Origin: an uncultured Acidobacteriota bacterium
GTDB lineage: Bacteria; Acidobacteriota; Thermoanaerobaculia; Multivoradales; UBA5704
Length of the DNA: 64,000 nt
Reading direction: 5' to 3'
Assembly: GCA_963752235.1 (NCBI GenBank)
Contig: CAVVXL010000005.1
Coordinates: 905-64,904, forward strand
The position numbers and the translations under genes were made by a program. Of this stretch, positions 35,527 to 47,027 are shown in pieces (the first letter of the stretch is position 1; the number at the start of each line of letters is the position of its first letter). The notes beneath the pieces are model-generated. The model was not told the DNA's origin and searched no databases. It saw only the letters and a program-made list of their open reading frames with translations.

Positions 35527-36285
35527 GTGAAGCCCCGCGACATCGCCGCCGAGACGGGAGAGCTCGGCATCCTGACCGCCCGGGCCTTCCGCGCCATGCT
35601 CCGGCCCCCCTTCGAGGTCGGCCTGTGGGTGCGGCAGATGGAGCAGATCGGCGTCCGCTCGCTGGGGGTGGCCGGCATCACCACCATCTTCACCGGCATG
35701 GTGCTGGCGCTGCAGACCGCGCTCTCGCTCCCCTCGCTGGGGGTCAAGTACTACATCGGCTCGGTGGTGGCCAAGTCGCTGGTCCGCGAGCTGGGGCCGG
35801 TGCTGACCGCGCTGATCGTCGGCGGGCGGATCGGCTCGGGGATGACCGCCGAGATCGGCACCATGAAGGTGACCGAGCAGATCGACGCGCTGCGCTCGAT
35901 GGCGGCCGACCCGGTCAAGAAGCTGGTCGTCCCCAAGCTGGTCGCCACCCTGGTGATGCTCCCCGCCCTGACGGTGATCGGCGACGGCCTCGGCATCCTC
36001 GGCGGCCTGATCGTCGCCGTCGGCACGCTCAGCCTGACGCCGGGTCAATACCTCAACGACGTGTATGCCAAGCTGAGCCTCGGCGACGTCTTCAGCGGCG
36101 TCGCCAAGTCCTTTTTCTTCGCGTATTTTATCGCCATCGTCGGATGCTACAATGGCCTCAACACCACGGGCGGAGCGGACGGCGTGGGGCGGGCGACCAC
36201 CAACACGGTGGTGCTCGCCGCGATCCTGGTCCTGGTTTCCGATTTCTTTCTCACCAAGTTCTTCTACATCCTGTTCTCCGCCTGA
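35527..36285 (+). CDS. mlaE: MlaE-family ABC permease
   Basis: RELGPVLTAL..GR.GS...AEIGTMKVTEQIDAL, VGRATT..VV. Confidence 0.93.
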   Translation: MKPRDIAAETGELGILTARAFRAMLRPPFEVGLWVRQMEQIGVRSLGVAGITTIFTGMVLALQTALSLPSLGVKYYIGSVVAKSLVRELGPVLTALIVGGRIGSGMTAEIGTMKVTEQIDALRSMAADPVKKLVVPKLVATLVMLPALTVIGDGLGILGGLIVAVGTLSLTPGQYLNDVYAKLSLGDVFSGVAKSFFFAYFIAIVGCYNGLNTTGGADGVGRATTNTVVLAAILVLVSDFFLTKFFYILFSA

Positions 36286-36311
36286 GCGCCTGAACGCCTG
36301 AGGAATTTGCC

Positions 36312-37079
36312 GTGCCCGAAACACTCTACGAGATCCGCGGCCTGACCAAGAAGTACGGCGACCGCACCGTTCTCGACGACCTCGACTTCGACATCCTCAA
36401 GGGGGAGTGCCTGGTGATCCTCGGCCGTTCGGGGACCGGCAAGAGCGTCACCCTGCGCCAGCTCAACGGGCTCGAGAAGCCGGAGGCCGGACGGGTGGTC
36501 TTCGACGGCACCGACCTCGCGCAGCTCGGCGAGGCCGAGCTCTACCCCGCCCGCCGGCGCATCGCCATGCTGTTCCAGAGCGGCGCCCTGTTCGACTCGA
36601 TGGACGTCTTCGACAACGTCGCCTTCCCGCTGCGCGAGCACACCCGGCGCTCCGAGGCGGAGATCGCCGACCGGGTCCACGAGGTGCTCGGCCAGGTGGG
36701 GCTGCGCGACATCGACCGCAAGTCCCCTTCCGACCTCTCGGGGGGGATGCGCAAGCGGGTCGCCCTCGCCCGCTCGCTGGTCCTCGACCCCGAGGTCCTG
36801 CTGTTCGACGAGCCGACGACCGGCCTCGATCCGATCACCTCGGCGACGATCGGCAAGCTGATCAACTCGATCCGCCAGGCGACCGGCGTCACCTCCGTGG
36901 TGGTCACCCACGACATCCCCCTGGCCCGCCGGGTGGGCGACCGCATCGCCCTGCTGGTCGACGGCAAGATCGTCTTCCTCGGCACCTGGCCGGAGGCCGA
37001 ACAGAGCGACGACGCGCGGCTGGGCGACTTCCTCGCCGGCCGCGAGGAACGCGAGGAGGAGCTCGAGCATGTCGCCTAG
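36312..37079 (+). CDS. mlaF: MlaF-family ABC ATPase
   Basis: GRSGTGKS, FQSGALFDS, LSGGMRKRV, DEPTTGLDP, VTHD. Confidence 0.93.
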   Translation: MPETLYEIRGLTKKYGDRTVLDDLDFDILKGECLVILGRSGTGKSVTLRQLNGLEKPEAGRVVFDGTDLAQLGEAELYPARRRIAMLFQSGALFDSMDVFDNVAFPLREHTRRSEAEIADRVHEVLGQVGLRDIDRKSPSDLSGGMRKRVALARSLVLDPEVLLFDEPTTGLDPITSATIGKLINSIRQATGVTSVVVTHDIPLARRVGDRIALLVDGKIVFLGTWPEAEQSDDARLGDFLAGREEREEELEHVA

Positions 37080-38402
37080 GAGCCGCGAGGTCCGCGTCGG
37101 CCTGGTGATCCTCGCCGCCATCCTCATCCTGGCGGCGGGGATCTTCATGATCGGCTCGAAGCGCAATCTCTTCTCGCACAAGAGCCGCTATTTCGTCGAG
37201 TTCAGCTCGGTCTCGGGGCTCAAGCCCGGCAGCCCGGTGCAGCTCGACGGCGTCAACGTGGGCGCGATCGAGAAGGTCGTGCTGCCGGAGGACCCGCGGA
37301 AAAAGACGATCCGCGTCTGGCTCCGCGTCGAGAGCGACTTCGCGGCGCGGCTGCGCTTCCCGGCCGATCCCAAGGCTCTGCTCCCGGACCAGGCCCCCAC
37401 GCGGGCCCGGATCAAGACCATCGGCCTGCTGGGGGACAAGTACATCGACGTCAACTCCGGTTCGGCCGCCTACCCGCTGATCCCCGAGGAAGGGGAGATC
37501 CGGGCGGCGCAGCCGACCAACGTCGACGCCCTGTTCGCCTCGGGCGAGGACGTGATGGACAACGTCGTGGTGATCACCCACTCGCTCAACACCATCCTCC
37601 GGCGCATGGAGCGGGGCGAGGGGATCCTCGGCCAGCTCACCAGCGACACCCCGGACGGGCGGCGGCTCCAGGGCTCGCTGGTCGGCGCCTCGGAGAGCCT
37701 GCAGCGGATCGCGCTCAAGGTCGAGACCGGCCCGGGCCTGCTCCCCCGCCTGCTCAACGACCGCGCGCTGGGCGACCAGCTCGCGCAGTCGCTCGGCCGC
37801 GTCCAGAGCCTGCTCGACCAGGCGCAGCACGGCCAGGGACTCCTCCCCGCCCTGCTCAACGATCCGGCGAGCCGCGACGAGCTCAACCAGACGCTCGCCA
37901 CGCTGCACCAGGTGGCGAACGACCTCAAGGGATTCACCGGCGGCCTCGACTCGAGCGACGCCCTGGTCCCCCGCCTGGTGAAGGATCAGGCGTACGGCCG
38001 CGAGGTCACCGCCCAGATCCGCCAGCTCGTCGAGCGGCTGAACGCGGTGGCCGGCAAGCTCGACCAGGGGAACGGCACCGCCGGGAAGCTGATCAACGAC
38101 CCCAAGGTCTACGACTCGGTCAACGACATCATGCTCGGCGTCAACCAGTCGAAGCTGCTGCGCTGGCTGATCCGCAACCGCCAGAAGAAGGGGATCGAGA
38201 AGCGCTACGGCGACACCAAAAAGGCGATCGAGGACGCCGGCGGGACGCCGGAGCCGCTCGACGGCCAGCCCGACGCGGCGGACCCCGGCCCCGGTGTCCA
38301 GGAGCCGACCGCACCGCCGCCCGCACCGCAGACGGCCACCCCGCCGCCTGCCGAATCGACGCCGCCGCCCCCGCCGCCCGTGACGAGGAGCCCGGCCCGC
38401 TG

Positions 38403-38403
<1 letters not shown>
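37069..38403 (+). CDS. mlaD: MCE/MlaD-family protein with a long helical repeat region and Pro-rich tail
   Basis: TM anchor; GLKPGSPV...GV.VG and GLLGDKY; repeated G.G.L..L.ND units. Confidence 0.88.
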
Positions 38404-39380
<977 letters not shown>

Positions 39381-39412
39381 ACCTCCATTCCAGATAAACG
39401 AGAGCATCGCCG

Positions 39413-40774
39413 ATGAACATTTGCGTCGTGGGAAGCGGTTACGTCGGCCTGGTGACGGGCGCCTGCCTGGCGGACTTCGGAATGAACGTGGTGGGGGTGG
39501 ACAAGGATCACGCCAAGGTCGAGGCCCTCTCGCGCGGCAAGGTGCCGATCTACGAGCCCGGCCTCGATACCCTGGTCCAGAAGAACATGGCGGAGGGGCG
39601 CCTGCGCTTCACCACCGACCTCGCCCCCGCCATCGAGGAGGCGCAGGCGATCTTCATCGCCGTCGGCACACCGCCGAAGTCGGACGGCTCGGCCGACCTC
39701 ACCTTCATCCGCGAGGTCGCCACCTCGATCGCCGAGCACCTGAACGGCTACAAGATCATCATCACCAAGAGCACCGTGCCGATCGGCACCGGCCGCATGA
39801 TCGAGGCGATCCTGCAGGAGGGGGCCGGCAGCCGGCACACCTTCGCCGTGGTGAGCAACCCCGAGTTCCTGCGCGAGGGGTCGGCGATCGAGGACTTCAT
39901 GCACCCCGACCGGGTGGTGATCGGCACTCGCGACGAGCGGGCGGCCGGCATGATGATGGACGTCTACTCGCCCCTTCACGCCGCCGACGTGCCGTTCATC
40001 GTCACCGACATCGAGACGGCGGAGCTGATCAAGTACGCCTCGAACGGCTTCCTCGCCACCAAGATCTCGTTCATCAACGAGGTCGCCCACATCTGCGAGG
40101 CGTGGGGTGCCAACGTCGAGGTGGTGTCGAAGGGGATGGGGCTCGACAACCGGATCGGCCCGAAGTTCCTCTCCGCCGGCCCCGGCTACGGCGGCTCCTG
40201 CTTCCCCAAGGACACCCGCGCCGCCGCCCAGATCGCCCGCGACTCCGGGCTCAAGTTCCGCATCATCGAGGCGGTGCTCGAGGTCAACGAGGCGACCCAG
40301 AAGCGGATGGTCGAGAAGGTCGACCGCGCGCTCGGCGGCTGCGCCGGCAAGACGATCGCCGTCCTCGGCCTGTCGTTCAAGCCCAACACCGACGACATCC
40401 GCGAGTCGCCGGCGCTGCCGATCGTGCAGGCGCTGGTCGACGGCGGCGCCACCGTGCGCACCTTCGACCCCGAGGCGATGACGGCCTGCAAGCCGCTCTT
40501 CCCCACCCTGGTCTACACCCGCGACGCCTACGAGGCGGCCGAGGGGACGGACGCGGTGGTGATCGCCACCGAGTGGAACCAGTTCCGCAAGCTCGACCTC
40601 GACCGCCTGCGCCGCCTGGTGCGCGAGCCGCTGGTGATCGACCTGCGCAACCTCTACGAGCCGGAGCAGATGGCGGCCGAGGGGTTCCGCTACATCTCGA
40701 TCGGCCGCCCGGACGGCGTCCCCATCGAGAAGCCGCAGCCGCAGCCGCAGTCGGCGGCCGAGGCGCGCTCGTGA
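39413..40774 (+). CDS. ugd: UDP-glucose 6-dehydrogenase
   Basis: [41 protein letters not shown]. Confidence 0.93.
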   Translation: MNICVVGSGYVGLVTGACLADFGMNVVGVDKDHAKVEALSRGKVPIYEPGLDTLVQKNMAEGRLRFTTDLAPAIEEAQAIFIAVGTPPKSDGSADLTFIREVATSIAEHLNGYKIIITKSTVPIGTGRMIEAILQEGAGSRHTFAVVSNPEFLREGSAIEDFMHPDRVVIGTRDERAAGMMMDVYSPLHAADVPFIVTDIETAELIKYASNGFLATKISFINEVAHICEAWGANVEVVSKGMGLDNRIGPKFLSAGPGYGGSCFPKDTRAAAQIARDSGLKFRIIEAVLEVNEATQKRMVEKVDRALGGCAGKTIAVLGLSFKPNTDDIRESPALPIVQALVDGGATVRTFDPEAMTACKPLFPTLVYTRDAYEAAEGTDAVVIATEWNQFRKLDLDRLRRLVREPLVIDLRNLYEPEQMAAEGFRYISIGRPDGVPIEKPQPQPQSAAEARS

Positions 40775-41727
40775 GCCGGGTCGTCATCACCGGCGGCGCC
40801 GGCTTCCTCGGCTCCCACCTCTGCGAGCGCGCGCTCGCCGAGGGGCACGAGGTGGTCTGCGTCGACAACCTGCTGACCGGCCGCCTCGAGAACCTGAAGC
40901 CGCTCCTTCACCGCGACGACTTCACCTTCCTCGAGCACGACGTCTCGAAGCCGTTCGAGATCGCGGGCGCGGTCGACTTCATCCTCCACTTCGCCTCGCC
41001 GGCCTCGCCGATCGACTACCTGGAGCTGCCGATCCAGACCCTCAAGGTGGGGTCGCTCGGCACCCACAACGGCCTCGGCCTGGCGAAGGCCAAGGGGGCG
41101 CGCTTCCTCCTCGCCTCGACCTCCGAGGTCTACGGCGACCCCCAGGAGCACCCGCAGAAGGAGAGCTACTGGGGGAACGTCAACCCGGTGGGGCCGCGCG
41201 GCGTCTACGACGAGGCCAAGCGCTTCGCCGAGGCGATGACGATGGCCTATCACCGCTACCACGGGGTCGACGTGCGGATCGTGCGCATCTTCAACACCTA
41301 TGGGCCGCGGATGCGCCCGCGCGACGGCCGGGTGGTCCCCGCCTTCGTGCAGCAGGCGCTGACCGGCGAGCCGATGACCGTCTTCGGCCAGGGGCAGCAG
41401 ACGCGCTCCTTCTGCTACGTCGACGACCTGATCGAGGGGATCTGGCGGCTGCTGTTGAGCGACCTGCGAGAGCCCTGCAACATCGGCAACCCGCACGAGA
41501 TGACGATCCTCGAGTTCGCCGAGACGATCAAGGCGGCGGTGGGGAGCGCCAGCCCGATCATCTTCAAACCGCTGCCGGTGGACGACCCGCAGACCCGGCA
41601 GCCGGACATCGGCCAGGCCCGCGCCAAGCTCGGCTGGGAACCCAAGGTCCCGCTCGCCAAGGGGCTCGAGACCACGATCGCCTACTTCCGCGCCCTCCTC
41701 GCCGAGCAGGGCGTGATCCGCGGATAG
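40771..41727 (+). CDS. UDP-glucuronate decarboxylase (UDP-xylose synthase family)
   Basis: [41 protein letters not shown]; GTG overlaps the ugd stop. Confidence 0.9.
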   Translation: MSRVVITGGAGFLGSHLCERALAEGHEVVCVDNLLTGRLENLKPLLHRDDFTFLEHDVSKPFEIAGAVDFILHFASPASPIDYLELPIQTLKVGSLGTHNGLGLAKAKGARFLLASTSEVYGDPQEHPQKESYWGNVNPVGPRGVYDEAKRFAEAMTMAYHRYHGVDVRIVRIFNTYGPRMRPRDGRVVPAFVQQALTGEPMTVFGQGQQTRSFCYVDDLIEGIWRLLLSDLREPCNIGNPHEMTILEFAETIKAAVGSASPIIFKPLPVDDPQTRQPDIGQARAKLGWEPKVPLAKGLETTIAYFRALLAEQGVIRG

Positions 41728-41780
41728 TCCGCGGATAGAATCACCCCCATGCAGAACCTACCGAAAGGCTCGACCTAAAG

Positions 41781-42044
41781 ATGGCCGCCACCGTGCAGTG
41801 CACCCGCTGCGGCCGCCCGGAAGCCCCGGCCCTCGCCCGCCAGCCTCTCCCCGGTCCCCGCGGCGCCGAGATCCGCGAAACGATCTGCGCCGACTGCTGG
41901 AACGAGTGGCAGAAGATGGAAGTGATGGTGATCAACGAGCTGCGGCTCAACTTCATGGACCCCGCCGCTCAGGAGACCCTCAACCGTCACATGCGGGACT
42001 TCCTGTTCCCGGGAGCCAAGCTCGGCTCCGGGTCGGAATCCTAA
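41781..42044 (+). CDS. Fe(II)-trafficking/oxidative damage protein (YggX family)
   Basis: V.C...P.PG..G..I...IC..CW.EW.....INE.RL.....L..M..FLF. Confidence 0.85.
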   Translation: MAATVQCTRCGRPEAPALARQPLPGPRGAEIRETICADCWNEWQKMEVMVINELRLNFMDPAAQETLNRHMRDFLFPGAKLGSGSES

Positions 42045-42053
42045 GGCGCTCGC

Positions 42054-42818
42054 TTGAGCGTTCCGCGCCCTCTCCTCCTCCGCTTCCTCGTGCTCGTGGC
42101 CGTCGTCGTCACGGGCTTCGCCGTCCTGCGCTGGACGCCGCTCGCGCACTATCTGACGATCGCGAAGATCACCGCGCTGTTCGACCAGGTGCGGGGGTTC
42201 TGGTGGGCTCCGATGGCGCTGATCGGCGCCTATATCGTCCTCTGCCCGCTGGGGGTGCCGGCGTCGCCGATGATGATCGCCGGCGGGATGGTGTTCGGCC
42301 CGCTCTGGGGAACGATCTACAACGTGGTGGGCACCTTCCTGGGCGGGGTTGCGACCTACTTCCTGGGTCGTAGCCTGGGGCGGGATCTCGTGCAGCACCT
42401 GATGGGGAACAAGCTCAAGAAGGCGGAGCGGCTGATCTCGCGGCGAGGGTTCTGGGGGCTGGTCGGGATCCGCTTCGTGCCGATCCCCTATCCGCTGGTC
42501 AACTACACCGCCGCGCTGACCGGCGTCCGCCCCGGCCTGTTCATGTCCACGACGGCCATCGGGCTGATCCCGGCGATCGCCGCCTACACCTACTTCGCCT
42601 CGCTGCTTCCCAAGGCGGCGAACGGCAACTTCTCCGGCATCGCCGGCCGTCTGGTCGCCGTCATCGGCACTCTCCTGCTGCTCACCGTCATCCCGCAGAT
42701 CTGGACGGCGCGCAAGCGGCGCGCGAGATACTGGGAGCTGGTCGAGCGACGACGGGCTAGGCCTTTCCCAGCACCGCCTCCACCTCCCGCAGGTCGACCA
42801 GCAACGCCCCCTCGCTGA
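42054..42818 (+). CDS. TVP38/TMEM64 (VTT/DedA superfamily) membrane protein
   Basis: GG..FG...G, YFLGR, RFVP.PY..VNY, T..G..P. Confidence 0.85.
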   Translation: MSVPRPLLLRFLVLVAVVVTGFAVLRWTPLAHYLTIAKITALFDQVRGFWWAPMALIGAYIVLCPLGVPASPMMIAGGMVFGPLWGTIYNVVGTFLGGVATYFLGRSLGRDLVQHLMGNKLKKAERLISRRGFWGLVGIRFVPIPYPLVNYTAALTGVRPGLFMSTTAIGLIPAIAAYTYFASLLPKAANGNFSGIAGRLVAVIGTLLLLTVIPQIWTARKRRARYWELVERRRARPFPAPPPPPAGRPATPPR

Positions 42819-43848
42819 CGAACTTCGCCGGCTCGAACTCGTAGTCGCGGATGACGCGGCGGAAGACCTCCTTGAGCGCCCGCGCCCCCAGGCGCGGCTG
42901 GTTGCCGGCCTCGGCCGCGATCCGGCGCACGGCGGCGGGCGAGATCGCGAGGTGGATGCCGCGGCTCTCGAAGTAGGCGCGGCTCTGGTGGAAGGCGGAC
43001 TCGGGGGTCTCGAGGAAGATCCGCACCAGCTCGTCCTGCCCGAGGTCCTGGAGCAGCACCACGGCGTCGAAGCGGGAGAGGAACTGCGGGCTCATCCCGT
43101 AGTCGAAGAGATCCTCGTTGCGCAGCCAGTCGCGGAGGTGGAAAATCAGCTTCTCGAGCACCTTCCCCCCCTCGACCACGGTCACCGGCTGCAGGGCGCC
43201 ACGGTCGCGGCCGATCGTCACCCGGTCGAAGACCGAGTCGTAGAGCCCCTCGAAGGCGCCGGCGCAGACGAACAGGAGATCGGACGAGTTGACCACCACC
43301 TTGCCGCCGCCCGCCCAGGCGGGGAGGGTCAGCGGTACCGCCTCGTTCTCGATCAGCGTCAGCAGCGCCTCCTGCGCCCGGATGCCGGCGACGTTCGGCT
43401 GGCCGCTGATGTGGGAGCGGATCTTGTCGACCTCGTCGACGAAGACCAGCCCGGAGGCGGCCCGCCGCAGCAGCATGTCGACCGGCGCGGCGGGTCCGAG
43501 CTGCTCGCGGGCCCGCTCGAGGAGGCGGCCGAGCACCGCCTCGCCCGGCCGTCCCCGCTCCGCCTCCTCGCCGAGGACGTTGGCGTGGATGCGCACCACC
43601 GCCGAACGGGCGGTGAGCACCGGATCCGACGCGAGGTAGGCCTCGACGGCCCGCATCAGCGTCGTCTTCCCCGTCCCCGAGGAGCCGATCATCAGGATGT
43701 TGCCGACCTGGAGGCCGGCGAGCTGCTTCGAGAGCGCCACCGCCATCTCGCGGATCGCCTCGTCCTGCCCCATGATCCGGCGCGACAGCGCGCCGGCGAT
43801 GGCGGCGGGGTCGGGGGCGGAGAGCGGCATCTGGGGGATCTGGGGCAT
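42757..43848 (-). CDS. Divergent ClpX-like AAA+ ATPase lacking the zinc-binding domain
   Basis: IMGQDEA, NILMIGSSGTGKT, VFVDEVDKI, LFVCAGAFEGL, G..PQFLSR, GARAL. Confidence 0.85.
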   Translation of the reverse strand: MPQIPQMPLSAPDPAAIAGALSRRIMGQDEAIREMAVALSKQLAGLQVGNILMIGSSGTGKTTLMRAVEAYLASDPVLTARSAVVRIHANVLGEEAERGRPGEAVLGRLLERAREQLGPAAPVDMLLRRAASGLVFVDEVDKIRSHISGQPNVAGIRAQEALLTLIENEAVPLTLPAWAGGGKVVVNSSDLLFVCAGAFEGLYDSVFDRVTIGRDRGALQPVTVVEGGKVLEKLIFHLRDWLRNEDLFDYGMSPQFLSRFDAVVLLQDLGQDELVRIFLETPESAFHQSRAYFESRGIHLAISPAAVRRIAAEAGNQPRLGARALKEVFRRVIRDYEFEPAKFVSEGALLVDLREVEAVLGKA

Positions 43849-43856
43849 GCGGTCCG

Positions 43857-44948
43857 TCAGACCCGCATCAGCACCGCGCCCCAGTGGAGGCCGGCGCCGA
43901 GGGCGGTGAAGGCGACCAGCGACCCCTCGGGGGCGAGCCCCGCCTGGCGCGCCTCGTGGAAGGCGAGCGGCAGGGTCGCCGAGGTGGTGTTGCCGTACTT
44001 CTGGATGTTGTTGAACACCTTGCTCCCCGGCAGCCCGAGCACCTGCTGCGCCTTCTCGTTGATGCGCAGGTTGGCCTGGTGCATGATCACCAGGTCGAGG
44101 TCCGCCGTGGTGTAGCCGCAGCGCTTCAGCACCTCGACCGTCACCTCCGGCATGCGGGTGACGGCCAGCTTGAACACCTGCTTGCCGTCCATCGCCGGCA
44201 CGGTCAGAGCGGCCGCGATCATCTCCGAGGTGACGAACGGCCGGCACGCCGAGCCGCCCCCCGGCACGAACAGGATGTCGCGATGGTTGCCGTCGCCGTA
44301 GAGGGCCGAGGCGAGGATGCCGCGCTCCTCGCCCTTCCCCGTCTCGCCGGCCGTCTCCGCAGCCTTGAAGACCATCGCTCCGGCGCCGTCGCCGAACAAG
44401 ACCAGCAGGTTCCGGAAGCGCGAGTTCCACTCGAAGTCCGCGGCCGGGAGCGGTCCGGGGTCGCGGCCATGGAGAACCTCGAAAGTCTGCGCGGAGAACG
44501 GCATCAGCGAGGTGTGGACGTCGGCGCCGACCAGCAGCACGGTGCGCGCGATGCCGCTACGGATCAGCGCATCGACCATCTGCAGCCCATAGGCGAAGCC
44601 GGCGCACTGCTGGCGGATGTCGAGCGCCGGCAGCGGCCGCAAGCCCAGCTTCTGCTGGATCAGGGTGCCGGTGCCAGGGAAGTAGTGGTCGGGGGTCATC
44701 GTGGCGCAGACGAGATAGTCGACCTCGTCCAGCCCGACGCCGGCGTCGTCGAGGGCCGCCTTCGCCGCTGCGGCGCCGAGGTCGGAGGAGGCGACGCCGG
44801 CCTCGACGTAGTAGCGGGTCGAGATGCCGCTACGCTCGCGGACCCAGTCGTCGCTGGTCTCGATGATGCGCGAGAGCATCGTATTGTCGACCTCGAGGGG
44901 CGGGATGCAGATACCGGTCCCCGCCAGCACGGCACGGAATTGAGTCAT
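43857..44948 (-). CDS. fabH: 3-oxoacyl-ACP synthase III (FabH family)
   Basis: Catalytic Cys (QQCAGF), His (HQANLRI) and Asn (GNTTSA); FGDGAGA; GAG..WGA. Confidence 0.9.
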   Translation of the reverse strand: MTQFRAVLAGTGICIPPLEVDNTMLSRIIETSDDWVRERSGISTRYYVEAGVASSDLGAAAAKAALDDAGVGLDEVDYLVCATMTPDHYFPGTGTLIQQKLGLRPLPALDIRQQCAGFAYGLQMVDALIRSGIARTVLLVGADVHTSLMPFSAQTFEVLHGRDPGPLPAADFEWNSRFRNLLVLFGDGAGAMVFKAAETAGETGKGEERGILASALYGDGNHRDILFVPGGGSACRPFVTSEMIAAALTVPAMDGKQVFKLAVTRMPEVTVEVLKRCGYTTADLDLVIMHQANLRINEKAQQVLGLPGSKVFNNIQKYGNTTSATLPLAFHEARQAGLAPEGSLVAFTALGAGLHWGAVLMRV

Positions 44949-44978
44949 CTCGAAATCCTTCCCGGCCGGGAGCCGGCT

Positions 44979-45569
44979 CTAGGGGGGCTCCACCGGTGCC
45001 GCGCTCAGGTGGGCCGCGGGGCGGCCGGCATAGAGCACGGTCAGGTCGCCATTCTTCACGAAACGGTAGAACGGAGCCGGCCGCTCGCCGTCGAGCCCGG
45101 AGGGGGATTTCTCGCCGTAGAACCAGACCTCGAGGGACGGGCCGTTGCGGACCGGCGACACCTCGTGATCGGTCTTGCGGGGCGGGCCGTAGAGCACGTG
45201 GATCAGGCCGCGGTCGGTGCGGCGGCCGATCACGCCGGACTCGCTGTACAGCCGGTCGGCCTCCGCCGAACGGGCGTCGAACGCCGCGCGCAGCGCGTTG
45301 CCCGGACGGTTGGGAGTCGGGTTGTGCCGTTCCCAGAAGCTCTCGATGAAGCGTTCGGCCGCCGCGTCGTCGCGCAGGGTGAGGTAGCCGGTCTCCTCCT
45401 CGGGAGTGACGAGGCGCGACGCCGCCCCCACCAGCCAGGAGGAGTACTCCGGCCCCAGCGCGGGGTTGATCAGCTCGGCCACCGGCCGGGAGCCGGTCAC
45501 GCCACCGCCACAGCCGGCGGCCAGCAGCCCGATCAGGAAGAGCGCGGAAGCGAAGAGTTTTTTAATCAT
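44979..45569 (-). CDS. GWxTD-domain lipoprotein
   Basis: Lipobox LAAGC; FIESFW..P.P...N, GRRTDRG.I...YGPP, EVW.Y. Confidence 0.85.
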   Translation of the reverse strand: MIKKLFASALFLIGLLAAGCGGGVTGSRPVAELINPALGPEYSSWLVGAASRLVTPEEETGYLTLRDDAAAERFIESFWERHNPTPNRPGNALRAAFDARSAEADRLYSESGVIGRRTDRGLIHVLYGPPRKTDHEVSPVRNGPSLEVWFYGEKSPSGLDGERPAPFYRFVKNGDLTVLYAGRPAAHLSAAPVEPP

Positions 45570-46203
45570 GGCGGCGGAGCAGGTCGAGGAACTCCTCGCG
45601 GACCGGTTTCTGGTGGAAGATGCCGCGTAGCGCCGAGGTCACGGTGAGCGCGCCCGGCTTCTTGACGCCGCGCATCTCGACGCAGAGATGGCGGGCTTCG
45701 ATGACGACCATGGCGCCCATCGGCTGGAGCTTCTCCTCGAGGTAGGTCACCACCTGCTCGGTGAGGCGCTCCTGGAGCTGCGGCCGCTTGGCGTAGAACT
45801 CCAGGATGCGGGCGAACTTCGACAGCCCCAGGATGCGGTCGCGCGGGATGTAGGCGATGTGGGCGTGGCCGTAGAAGGGGATCAGGTGATGGGCGCACAT
45901 GGAGTAGAAGGGGATCTGCTTCTCCATCACCATGTGGCTGTACCCCTCCTGGTTGGGAAAGGTGGTGACCTTCGGCTCGGCCCCTTCGGCGAGGCCACCG
46001 AACATCTCCAGGTACATCTTGGCGACCCGGATGTCGGTCTCGGCGAGGTTGGGATCGGCCAGGTCCAGCCCGAGGGTGGAGAGGATCCCGCGCACGTGGT
46101 GGGCGAGGGTGGCGACCTTCTCCTCCTCTGGCGAGCCCGCGGGCTCGGCCACCGCGATCGCCGGCACGCGCCCCGCAACCAGGATTTCGGGCTCATCGCT
46201 CAT
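45562..46203 (-). CDS. folE: GTP cyclohydrolase I
   Basis: SMCAHHL.PF.G, GLSK..R, RPQLQERLT, HLC..MRG. Confidence 0.95.
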   Translation of the reverse strand: MSDEPEILVAGRVPAIAVAEPAGSPEEEKVATLAHHVRGILSTLGLDLADPNLAETDIRVAKMYLEMFGGLAEGAEPKVTTFPNQEGYSHMVMEKQIPFYSMCAHHLIPFYGHAHIAYIPRDRILGLSKFARILEFYAKRPQLQERLTEQVVTYLEEKLQPMGAMVVIEARHLCVEMRGVKKPGALTVTSALRGIFHQKPVREEFLDLLRRHD

Positions 46204-46339
46204 TCGGATCGGCTCCTCCAGCTGCCGGCTCGACGCGTCGCGCCGAACGGCCCCTTATCCTACATCCGATCGGCACGGCACGGAGCGCTGGTCCCGCCGC
46301 GGCGCTGCCGCTATGATGCGAGGGGCAAGGAGGCGCGCC

Positions 46340-46963
46340 ATGCTCTATGACCTCTCGTCCACCATCCGTCCGGAGACGCCGGTCTGGCCGGGCGACACCG
46401 CGTTTCAGTCCCGGTTGACCTGGTCGATCGCCGACGGCGCCAGCGTCAATCTTTCGGCGGTCACCACCACTCCTCATCTCGGCTCGCACGCCGATGCGCC
46501 CTTCCACACCGAGGCGCGCGGCGAGGGGATGGCCGAGATGCCGCTCGAGGCCTATCTCGGTCTCTGCCGGGTGGTGCGGGTGCCGCCGCAGCCGCTGATC
46601 GAGCCCCGCCACGTCGAAGGGATCGACCTCGCCAATCCGGGACGCATCCTGTTCAAGAGCGAGAGCGTGCGCGACCGCCGCAGCTTCCCCGAGCGGTTCA
46701 CCGCCCTGTCTCCCGAGCTCGCGGCGCTGCTCGGCGAGCGGGGGGCCGTGCTGGTGGGGATGGACACCCCCTCGGTCGATCCCTTCGACAGCAAGACGCT
46801 CGACGCCCACCACGCCCTCTTCCGGGGGGGCGTCGCCATCCTCGAAGGGCTGATGCTCGACGGCGTCCCGGAGGGGATCTACGAGCTGATCGCCCTGCCG
46901 CTCAAGCTCGCGGGGCTCGACGCCTCGCCGGTGCGGGCGGTGCTGCGGACCGTCGACTCCTGA
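46340..46963 (+). CDS. kynB: Cyclase-family protein / kynurenine formamidase
   Basis: PVWPGD, HLGSHADAPFH, GMDTPSVD, ILE, DASPVRA; AAGGAGG RBS. Confidence 0.82.
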   Translation: MLYDLSSTIRPETPVWPGDTAFQSRLTWSIADGASVNLSAVTTTPHLGSHADAPFHTEARGEGMAEMPLEAYLGLCRVVRVPPQPLIEPRHVEGIDLANPGRILFKSESVRDRRSFPERFTALSPELAALLGERGAVLVGMDTPSVDPFDSKTLDAHHALFRGGVAILEGLMLDGVPEGIYELIALPLKLAGLDASPVRAVLRTVDS

Positions 46964-47027
46964 TCCCGGATAGAATGCCGTCGGCAGGAGATCGATGGAG
47001 CGCAGAACCTGGAGGGAGGGTTTTTTC

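Noticed and set aside
42757-42818. 62-nt convergent overlap of the VTT and ClpX-like genes as antisense regulation
   Set aside because: The VTT tail is low-complexity read-through, which is common in GC-rich genomes.
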